Origin: Rhodosorus marinus CCMP1338
Lineage: Eukaryota; Plantae; Rhodophyta
NCBI GenBank assembly: GCA_029953675.1
Contig: JAMWBK010000009.1
Span: 62,001-126,000 of the forward strand
Direction of reading: 5' to 3'
DNA length: 64,000 bases
A program made the translations under genes and the position numbers. The notes beneath the pieces are model-generated. The model was not told the DNA's origin. It did not search any database and saw nothing but the letters and a program-made list of their open reading frames with translations. This document shows, in pieces, positions 49,366 to 59,595 of this stretch (the stretch's first letter is position 1; the number at the start of each line of letters is the position of its first letter).

Positions 49366-50472
49366 TCCTCAAAACCTTTCGAAACCAAACCTGCCAGTCC
49401 ACACGTTGTCCGCTAAGGTCGCGTGGCCCAGCTATCCGCAGTGTAGAATTCTTCTCGAAGGCTCCTTATATATGCATTCTCTGCAAAGGAAAAAACGAAA
49501 CAAAGGACAATACCGCGCAGGGCGATAAAACCAATTTCCAAATAGAATTCACCAGAATCTGAATAAAAGCTCAAACATTCCGCATTTGAGTAGTTTCTTA
49601 TCATTCCAAAGCACACTTGATTTTTCTCTCGAATTTCTATTATTGCCGGGTTTCCACGGAAAAGTTCGGACCAACAGCGATAGAGGGCATCATCCGCCCC
49701 AGCGGTCCTGTTGAACTTGAGAGTCTGGGCAAAACATAAATTGTGTATATTTCCCAACATAAAAGTCCCTACACTTAGCCAAAATACTCAAGTTCCATAG
49801 CGAGAGCTTGGGCATTCCCTTTGCAAAAGAAAAACAAAAACAGAAGGGGGGCAAGTGTGCTTACCATGTTTTGAAGCTCCTGAAACGCACTTTCGCTGAA
49901 TTTTGCTGAAAGGAAAATATGAAAATATGAAAATATGTAAATTTGTGCCGGTGTTGGGGTTTGGTCGCGGATGTGCACAAAAATCAATCCTGTAGCAGCA
50001 GGATATGACTTGGCATCTAGAACCCAGGGGCGGGGGTAGCTTGACCACATATGCACCTGGGTATTTCGAATGATAAGAAAAAAGACAAAGAAGCAGCCTA
50101 TGTAGCCTTGTCTTTGAAATACTAAAAATTTACAAACAAATTGGTACGTCACATGTTCTAATATGATTAGCCAAAAAAAAGGTTTGTTTGGAGGGCGCGA
50201 CGCCCGCATTTCCGTAAGGAGTTGAAAATCTTCTCGGTGTAAATTTCAACCTCCAGAGGCACACAATTTCTTATGAGAAAAAGAAGATATCCGGGAAATC
50301 AAGAAAAATAAAAAAACTTGAAGGATATTCAGTTTGATTCATACATTTTCAATCTTACACAAATACTCTATTCCCCACATTTTGACTGAGCCAGGCCCCA
50401 GTCCTGGTTCTCTTCTTCCAGGAAAATCCTTTTGGATAAAATTTGGCTGTTTCATGAAAGAAGCACATGGGC

Positions 50473-50524
50473 CATGCGTTCAGTACGTTCTGGGCCTGCA
50501 GGCCCAGAACGTACTGAACGCATG
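50473..50524. repeat. Perfect spacerless 52-bp palindrome
   Basis: CATGCGTTCAGTACGTTCTGGGCCTG|CAGGCCCAGAACGTACTGAACGCATG. Confidence 0.95.
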
Positions 50525-52369
50525 TCGTTGATCTAGATCATGGTGTGTGCGCGACCCAAAAAAAACTTTGAGAGAAGGGGCCCGGACTGGATATAGCCTC
50601 GGATAGGCGGGAGGTGAATCTTGAGCGCGCTTATGCAAAGGAGTCCATTGTCTTGTCGCAACTTTCGTTGAAAGACCTCTTGGTTTGGCGCCACGTCGGT
50701 CAACACCATCTTATGCTAAAGGCAATTCCCCAACAGTATGGTCCTGGCCCCTACATTTACCTATTATGGCGGCGCTGCTGCTGGCCTAGTCAGTCAGCAG
50801 CAGTGCTGAGGAACCGTTCCAACCAATCTATCGGTTGAATCAATATTCCTGTGTTGCCAAGACGAACTTGATCATCAGAGCTTCTCAACGTGAGTGTTTG
50901 CTTGCTTGTTTCCCAAAGCCCCGCCTCCTTCCCTCAGATGCCTCTGCTCAAGCGAACAATGAGCGCTCCAACTGTCATGAAAAACTTTCACTATGCGACC
51001 CAAACTGTCGCGTTTAAGCGTTCGGAAGCTCGAGGACCACACGGGCATCTTGCGCGGATTTGAACCAGGGGCGTTTCGTCTTGAAACAGGGTTGAGAATT
51101 GTTGCCAGTGTCGTGTCCGGCTTCACCGAAGCACCCTGCCCTGCTTCCACCAGTTGATTCACTTTCACACTGGGAAAACATCGGGGCTTGAATATCTTTG
51201 CTAAGAGCATCACACCGCGGCAGACCCACATACTTACAACGAGTGTTGCATGGCCCCACCCCAAGGGGGCTTTTCATCGTTGCAGGAACAAGAGCATTTG
51301 TGGCAGAGCTCATGGGCCCAATTGCAACACCCATATCAATATTTCATTAACACATCCTAGAACAACGCTAATTTCCCTAATCTATTGCTGAAACGAAAAA
51401 CTAGGGTTTTTCTTGTGATCTTCTCCGCCTCTCTCTATGAAAAGAAGCGAAGAAACCAGCCCGTTAGAATCGGGATCGCCAACAAAAAAAAAGCCAAACA
51501 CAACCGGATGCAACGTGAAAGCCTTCAAAGAAACTATTAAAAAATCCAATTACTTCGATGCCGCTCATGTGCGTCCCAGCACAAAGTACGTTCTTTTCGT
51601 TCATTGTCGCTCCAAGAGTGGCTCCGAGTACGTACCCATTCTTTAGAGCACTAGCGGAGGCTATTATCGCCCCCACATATAATGTATTAGAAAGAAATTT
51701 GGTGCTACTCCCATGAATATTTGAAAAACGGAAGTGGTATATTGTTCGGTTTAAGAAGATGGAAAAAAGGCGTTCAAGACAGACTCGGCAGAACGGAGAT
51801 CGATCCCCTGATCACTTTAGATACGTATATTTTGAAAGAAAACTAATAGCCACCGAGAGTTTTTACCAGCACAACGTCAAAAAACAGAAATTGATTGAAA
51901 GAAGTTGTGTAAAGTAAAAATATTTTTTCCATCGTCTTCAAATATTTTGGAATTACAAACGAGGGTCATTTTTGCAACACTAAATGAAGCGAATCAATGT
52001 GTTAATTTGGAGAACGAACCGACGCTGACAACAAAAAGTGGAGGATCTAAATGTTAAAAATATGTAATTTTTCTGCTATATTGAGTCGTATGGTTGCATC
52101 GCTTGGGGAGCGGCTCTCCGCCTGGCTGTGAATTACGTAGGGAAGAGACCCTACTACTAGGCTCAGGATCATCCTTTTTGCTCGTCCTCGAAAAGCTCCC
52201 GCTGTCTGTGTTCGTATATAGCTGAAATTTCCGTAAACTCATTGAATGTGGTTCCCCAGAAATTCGCGGGCCCCCCCCCCCGAGTCTTCAATTTCTCTAT
52301 GCCAAGTCATCCCCTGTGAAAATCATTCGGAAAGAGTACGTCGAGGTGTTCGACCTTCTACCGGCTCTC

Positions 52370-52690
52370 CTAGAGGGAACGTGTTTGCTGAGGCCATATG
52401 CTAGATACGTGGTGTGCGCCAATGTTTTTTGGACCTATGTAAGATCTCGACTGACTCCTAAAATCAATATTGCATCCGATGTCGTCCCTGGCGCGCACGA
52501 GTCCGTTTTCGGTTTGCGACAATGGAGGTTTTTGACTCAACCCACCGCAAGTGCAAACTCTTCCCAACCAATCACCGCGCTTCTTTTGCACGCCTCTTAA
52601 CAAAGAGCTTCCATCTGAAATTGTCAGTTCTTGTTGACTGACCATCAACAACACTAGCAGCACCACCAACAGTTTACTCATCCTCATCAT
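52370..52690 (-). CDS. Possible small secreted protein
   Basis: ATG ORF with signal-peptide-like MRMSKLLVVLLVLLMVSQQ; no family recognised. Confidence 0.3.
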   Translation of the reverse strand: MMRMSKLLVVLLVLLMVSQQELTISDGSSLLRGVQKKRGDWLGRVCTCGGLSQKPPLSQTENGLVRARDDIGCNIDFRSQSRSYIGPKNIGAHHVSSIWPQQTRSL

Positions 52691-52921
52691 CGTTTAATCG
52701 GGAGTCAACTCACCAGGACCCCAAAAATTCGCAGCCGCTGTAGGCTCCTCCCGTTTCGATGCTAGCAGAATGTTGGCTACCATTACGCCCTCCAAAGTCG
52801 CTTCACATTTTGCTCTTCACCTTGGATGTAGTTTCCCTGTAAGTGCGTGGCACAGTCGCGTCGAAGGAGGCGTATGGGATCTCCTTAGCCTAGATTAGTG
52901 TGCTTCTCGTAGGAGTCCTAA

Positions 52922-53210
52922 AGCACTGCACACCGTAGTTTGCCATCAAGTGGAAAGTGGGAGACAGCTAAATGCTGCATATCCAGCACTTGACGAAAGC
53001 ACTCACACAGTCGTTTGCCATCAAGTGGAAAGTGGGAGACAGTTAAGTGCTGCATATCCAGCACTTGACGAAAGCACTCACACCGTCGTTTGCCATCAAG
53101 TGGAAAGTGGGAGACAGTTAAGTGCTGCACATCCAGCTTGACGAAAGCACTGCACACCGTAGCTTGCCATCAAGTGGAAAGAGGAGACAGTTAAGTACTG
53201 CATATCCAGC
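52922..53210. repeat. Minisatellite, about 3.9 copies of a 73-76-bp unit
   Basis: Units start at 52922, 52998, 53073 and 53146; core TTGCCATCAAGTGGAAAG..GAGACAG. Confidence 0.95.
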
Positions 53211-53357
53211 CTACTATTCTAAGATACTACTCTAAGTTGGCGCAGATGAGGATTGTGGACGTTGCACCCCACTATGCTCTGTTTCAAAGTAAAGTCGGCC
53301 AGCGCCTTTATTTGGTGCTCGATAACAAACAAGTTCATATCAATTCAGACTCCACGC

Positions 53358-54026
53358 TCAGACCTTTTCGATCGTGTACGTTCCAGGTGGGATTCCCTGG
53401 AAAGTGCTCGCCAGGATGCTAACTATGGGGAGCCTCCTCCCAGGTGCCAGGGGCATGTCCTCGCTCATAAACGTTTCTCCAGCGTCCGTTCCGGCGTCCC
53501 AGGCGGATAAGTTGCCCGTCTTCATCTCGAAGTATTCTCCAGTCTCCACATCACACATGTTCGTTTTTTCGATACCTGTGAACCAGTCGGGACTGGGGAA
53601 GAACATGGAGATCGCAGAAATGTATGGGCGTGCGCCGTGCACATCAAGCGTGTAGGAGATTGTCGAGGTTCCCGATGCAGGACCATCAGCAACCACACGC
53701 TGGAAAACGTTGCGATAGTTCTCCGTCTTGAGCTCGTCGGTGATTGCCGACGTACCTCCGGTCTCCGCTACCATCTGAACACCAGGGCTAGAGTATCCAA
53801 GAGGGCTCCACATTGTGTAGTACTCTCCGTGGCTCGCAACCACAAGCGGCGAGAAAAGCCCTCCCTCCGGATACGACATGGGATGAGTCGCAGCGCTCCA
53901 GGAATACGCAATCGTTACTTTGTATGTAACCCTCCCCGAGCAGGGGAACATTGAGAAAACACCCTCTGCCGAGGCCAGATTCAAGAAGGCCAAGACCGTC
54001 GCCAAACATACTGCTGAAATTCTCAT
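53358..54026 (-). CDS. Secreted Spondin_N (F-spondin/mindin-like) domain protein
   Basis: Signal peptide; WSAATHP..YP, FSPLVVASH, SPGVQMVAETG, SMFFPSPDWFTG, WDAGTDAG. Confidence 0.92.
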   Translation of the reverse strand: MRISAVCLATVLAFLNLASAEGVFSMFPCSGRVTYKVTIAYSWSAATHPMSYPEGGLFSPLVVASHGEYYTMWSPLGYSSPGVQMVAETGGTSAITDELKTENYRNVFQRVVADGPASGTSTISYTLDVHGARPYISAISMFFPSPDWFTGIEKTNMCDVETGEYFEMKTGNLSAWDAGTDAGETFMSEDMPLAPGRRLPIVSILASTFQGIPPGTYTIEKV

Positions 54027-54584
54027 TTTTCACTGACTTTTTGATTACTTCCTCATACGATCCTTGGCAATACTTGTGAAGGTCCCGGCATACTTCTCAC
54101 CCGATCATTAGCCTGTGCGGATGCATTTATACCTTTGGCAATTCGCGCAATTGTTCACACGCACGGTTTCAAATCCGTACGTATCTCTCTTTGCTAAGCA
54201 TTTTTTGGACATCCGCTCTCCATGGAGAAACCGCGAGATAGATTATTGGTTTGGGTTTCTGAAACGGGTGTCGATAAGCTCTTTCACTGTAAAAAGGACC
54301 GTCTCCTGTTTTTATGAAATATGGAGAAACTCTATCGAAGATCAAACCAGCCTTTCAGAATTCCCCAAGGGTGACTACATCCACCCCTACTGAGACCTTC
54401 AACACTCAAACCAAAAAAAAAAAGGAGGAGAAATTAGAGCCTATTACCAGAAAAATTCTTAGAACAGCTTGGGAAGGCCCCAACCGTGGAAAGCTTGAAA
54501 AAGTATGCAAACGGAAACCATCGAAATTATTGCTCTTTTTTTTGAAAACTCTGTACTCAATTTTCCCCAGCCAGAACCAAACTC

Positions 54585-56050
54585 TCAGATGGAGCCCAGC
54601 GGCCCCCACTCGCTCCAGTTGTTCCCCTGCGTTTCTCTCCTTTTTTCCCCTCATTTCTCTATTACTTTGTCGAGTTCTTTTAGTGTTTTTCTTTTAGTTG
54701 TTCCATATACTTCCGCCCACATAGCGGTCAGCCCTTTCCCCTTCATTTCAATTAGGCACTTTGTCTACTGCTCTGAGCACTGGCCGCTAGATGCGTCGCC
54801 TGGTCTCTAGTTTCCGTCTATTTTTAGTCTTTTATTTCTCTACTTAAGATCGACTTGACCTTGGTTTTAGATCGGAGCCTAAAGTAAGGACAAACTGGGT
54901 TTCGAAGCTATCTCAATTTTGGTTTCATCGATCGGAACCGGGCCTAAAAAGTCTCACTTCACCTGGACGACCAACGCCATATCGGATCGAGAGCCCGAGC
55001 CGGGCGGCGATTCCTAGAACTTGGTTCCCCGGGGCTTCGTCCAGGACCCTGCTAACCCTACTAGCCGCCACCCAACGTGCAAGTCTCCCCTTCAAAGTAG
55101 GAAGGTATCGTAACGAAGCTGAAAATCAGGCGTCTCGATGGGAAAGAAAATTAAGAACGGGACGATCATCAGGCCCCGATACGGACATGATGGGTACGGT
55201 CCTCCGTTGTTTTGCAGTAAATCAGGACATCGCCCAAGTAGACTACCACCCATTCGCCGACGCAGTCCCTAAGCCTGTCCGTCATATGGCGTACGAACGT
55301 TCCTGTTCCTTGTTTTAGACATGGAGGGGTGAACGCCGTTGGGGCTTGAGAGTCTACGGCCGCGGGTAACTCCGTACCCAGTCCGTCGGTCCAGCTTTGA
55401 AAACAGGGTCGCCTCCCTGGCCGTTTGCATAAGGCCGCCGAGGCGCGGTGTGAGAATCGGCTCCCACGCCGTGACCGCGTTCAACCTCCAGTAGTCCGTG
55501 CACAACTTTTGCCCTCCGTCTTTCTTATCTACGAACAGCACCGAGGCCGCATGCGCACTGGAGCTGCTACCATGGGCCTCGTTGCAATTGGCTGTCCAAC
55601 TCCTTTTCCATCAAGAGGTTGATTCTCAGCTTTGCTACCTTATCTACTTTGAAGGGGAGACTTAAGAAGATGAACGGTACGAGACCGCTGGTAATGTTCT
55701 GCAGGGTCCTGTGTCTCGACACCACCTTCGACATTACCGCAATTATCATAGGGCTATGATCAACTTTCGCGTTCTCCTTCTCCATGAGTTTGTGGCCTTG
55801 AACTCAGAGGGAGGCATGTTGGAACCTACCGTTCCAATGTCCCTTGCGTTTCTCTTCTTGTTTTTCCCGCCCAGAGCACCCTTTTTGACCTTACTTTCAT
55901 TTAGGCACTTTCTCTATCTCTCTGCCCCACTCTCTGCTAGATGTGTCGCCTAGCCAATCTAGTCTACTGCTAGATTTAGTCTTTTGCATCTACTTTAAGA
56001 TCGAATTTGACTTTCGTTTTAGATTTTAGCCAATGTAAAGACAAGCTAGC
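54585..56050. mobile_element. Decayed, rearranged Ty3/Gypsy LTR retrotransposon
   Basis: Diverged LTR-like direct repeats at about 54585-54915 and 55800-56050; PBS-like TGGTTTCATCG at 54920; RT fragments on - strand (LFVDKKDGGQKLCTDYWRLN, FSKLD, VVVYLGDVLIY); PPT-like TTTGAAGGGGAGA in both orientations. Confidence 0.8.
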
Positions 56051-56725
56051 ATTTTGAATCTTGCACCAATAACACGCGCAATCGAACAAAACATATCAGC
56101 AATTCTTATGCGCATTTTCGACGCGAAATGCGCGTAGTTGCAATGAACACCCTATTCATAAATCAAAAATTATCAAATATCAACAACGAGCTGTCGTGGA
56201 GAGTAACCAATCATTATCCAGCAAGATGGTTGAATGCGGCGATTATTGGTCCAACCAATGATTGTTTGTTTTGTTTTTTTCTTCATGTTTGTGAGCGGTT
56301 AGCAAATGAGTCGATCACGACTGTCAGCACACCCCGAGAATGGAGAAACTTGTTCGGCATGAATGATCCCCATTCATTAGCAGATAGCACGTTTCTCGGA
56401 AAGTAGATGCTCAATGGTTGAAGCCCGAATCTACTCGAGGTGACCCCGACAGGATAAAACGTGTACTAGTGTGTCTCAAAAATAAATAAAAACTCCTCAG
56501 AATTGAGGGTGAGGCCCATTCTCGTGTTTTTTTTGGTTGTGAGGACGTTTTCTTTTTTTGGCGATATATTGCCTTTTTGATTGAATCTCGTGGATATGAG
56601 TTTCTCCACATTTGGAAGGTGCTGTTTCCAACGGATCTGGAGCGGTGGCCCGAGAATCTTGCGGGCAGTCCTCTAGATTTCTTCACCCAAATGTCCGATG
56701 TCGTGTCTTTTCCTCCTCTCATCTG

Positions 56726-57045
56726 GAAGCGGTCACCGCGTAGACCCTTGGAACAATAGAGGATCGGGAAGTGCTTTTGCATTGAGGGTCACTAGAGGAC
56801 TTTCCTTTCCGTCGCTTTTTAAAAAAAAATGTTGATGTTCTGGTCTGACGCCCTCGGGACCCAACTCCAGGCAGTCGACACGCGGCCATCAGGAAGCAGT
56901 CACCGCGGATAGCCTTGAACAATAAACAAAAACCGCTTTGGTATTGAGGATCATTAGAGGACTTTCCTTTCCACAATTGCTTTTTTTCAAAATAATGTTG
57001 ACGTTCTGACGTCCCTCGGAACAAACCCCGGGCAGTCAAAACCCG
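56726..57045 (+). repeat. Tandem duplication of about 165-bp units
   Basis: ggaagc.gtcaccgcg...tagaggactttcctttcc...aatgttga.gttct occurs twice. Confidence 0.85.
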
Positions 57046-58499
57046 TAACTCTCGGGAATCGTCGGTTGTTTCAACGGGTTTTAACTTGACAGAGCTAATC
57101 GCTCTCATGAATATAGGGCCTGACAGTTCTCTTCATACATTAGTCCTCGATGGGAGAAGAAACTCGGACTACTAGCTTTTCAATATTTTCCGATCCCCGA
57201 GCAGGTTTTCCTATCAGCGACAAGACCACAGGCACATGTTTGTCAACCATGACAAACTAGAGATGTGCTTACAATCTGGTGCGTATATAGGCCGAATGCA
57301 TATTCATCATTCGGAAGCCTTTGTAACCTTAACTGCAAAACGTTTCTCGGTTCTTCTTCAAAGGAGGACCTTGCCCGCGAATTTGCTGTCCTTACCGTAC
57401 AGACAGGATGAAAACTTTTAAGCTACAAAATCTTCATGAGACAGGCCTGAATTTTTGATGTCCACAGTCGCACGTAGTAGACCAGTCAATATCTCGTCGT
57501 AAAGCGAGAGATCGGGGCTGTAGCAGTGCATTTCTCCGTCATCCCCCCCAGGACAGATCCCAACATAGCAGATGTGCTGCCACTTCATGATCATCAATCC
57601 TCCTCCTATCTCCGAAGGAAATACTACCCTCTGAATTCGCTAGCCATTTCCGAGAATAGTCCAGAGTATTTCCGGTGCAATTGTTCTCTTTTTTGACTTG
57701 CCAGGTCGTAATCATCCGCAAGAGTACCTTGTAGAGAAGAACCGAAGGCGCCGAACGGTTTTTCTCTACTGAGGGGGTAGTGCAATGGCCCAGTTTTTCG
57801 TTTCCGATGCGGGAAACTCTCATCAACTCGGACTTCCCTTGACCCAGATCCTAGATAATACAGCGGCACAGCCATGACAACACGGAATCGAAAAAAAGTT
57901 CATCGACCACGTCCTTCGGGTCTGCGTTGTGGGTGCTTTCAAGAACCTTTGCTCCAGATAGATTGGAAATTTTTCAATTGAATGTTCTTGGCAAGCTTGG
58001 TCCTCATCACTGCAGTGCTTGCTCCTCTCCAAACAAACCTCCGCTTGCCCTACTGCAGTCTTCAGCAATTCTATAGACGTTGCTAATCTAGGGCTAGACA
58101 ACCAAAAAGCCGATATGACGTATCTTCAAATATTCAAAAAACTTGTTCAGGGATATTTTTCTCAAATTATGTCTATCTCAATCTCAATTCATGCAAGTAG
58201 AATTTTCATGTAGCGATTTTCTTTCGCTTCAGAAAAGTCATTTCAGCTTTTGTGGCTTTCAACGCTTTGCTGAATGCTAAGCTCACGAGCTACGTGAAAT
58301 AGGTTCTAGATAGGATTATGAGGATGCGGGCGGCGGGATGAGGACAAGGTCTAGCGTATTGTACAGAAGCTTAGGTACTTCTTCTCTACTTCGGCAAGAT
58401 AGAGGTAAGAAACGAATTGCTTTTCAGATCGTATTTAGTAGAGAATGTGCAAGAATCTGATCCTTGAGGTTGTTGCGCTGTTGGCTCCGCATCCTCGGG

Positions 58500-59292
58500 A
58501 TGGAGATAGAAGGGGCGATAAGGTTGCTGTATGATGGGAAATGTCCCCTGTGCTTGAAAGAAGTTGCTTTTCTCCAGAGGAAGGATAATGAGAGGTATAT
58601 CCCGACAAATATGACGATTGCGCTTTCCCTATCTATCTACACGAGCGCCACGATCGGTTGCATTGTTTGATAAGTCAGTCATACTCGTTGGCCTATTCCA
58701 AGGTCTCTTGTACAGTTTGTGGATATAACATCACCTAAATATGACCCCAAAAAGCATGGTAACGTAAGTTTCAAGCAAGGAATGGCGCGTATCCATGCCG
58801 TCTTGCCGGATAACAAGCCAGTAGTTGGGGTGGAGGTGTGAAAAATGGAACAGATAATCAGAATTTCTACGATTTATGTGCTTGCTGACTGTTACTCACA
58901 CAAGAGTATCCTTGCATTCATCGTCGAAAAGGCATTTCGCCTGGTCTACACAAGACTTGGTATGGGATGGCTATATTCTTTTACAAAAATTCCTGTCCTC
59001 AAGAGGGTTGCTGAAGGCATCTACAATTTCTGGGCCGACCGGCGAACGCAGGTGTGGCACGAACCCAATTTTCACATTCGACCGCGAAAGCACCAAAATC
59101 TGATTGGAAAATTTCATTATGTTTACATGCACTATTTACTTGTTTTCCCCGCCACGGCAATCGCTGTCGTAGCTCACGAAAGGAAAGACTCTTGAGCAGG
59201 CCATTGAGGAGCATGAAAAACTCCTGAAGGATATCGAAACATGCTCCATCCCAAGTTCCAAGAGCTCAGGGTCGGGGTGGCCTGCGGAATGA
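58500..59292 (+). CDS. DCC1-like thiol-disulfide oxidoreductase (DUF393; about 4 exons)
   Basis: LLYDGKCPLCLKEV (DxxCxxC), FVDITSPKYDP, MARIHAV, AFRLVY..LGMGWL, YNFWADRR. Confidence 0.9.
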
Positions 59293-59595
59293 CCCAATAG
59301 GAAACAGAGGCCATAGTCCCGCCAAGGTAGAACATCCTTATGATAACGCATATGCTATCTCGCGAGTGCAAAGACTTCGCTAGCATTTCGGTGTTCGGGA
59401 CGTGCGAAAAGAAGCCAGTCATCGGCGGTTAAGTTGTCGGAACGGTGATGCTTGACTCGTCAGTTTTCGGAAAGAATACAAAACGCCAGGTTTCTCATTA
59501 ACTTCAACCTCACTGTCGATAACAACTGCTCCTTAAGGTGTTTGGAAATTTTAGAGAACGGTAGTGCTAGAAGTTAGCTCCGAAATCAATGTCCA

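Noticed and set aside
50875-51334. CAP/SCP-like or Cys-rich protein
   Set aside because: Only a few residues of resemblance; overlapping frames are equally plausible
52922-53210. CRISPR-like array or coding repeat
   Set aside because: No unique spacers, indels break the frame, eukaryotic context
57300-58200. Fragmented coding-like frames on the minus strand
   Set aside because: No consistent exon chain or family could be built
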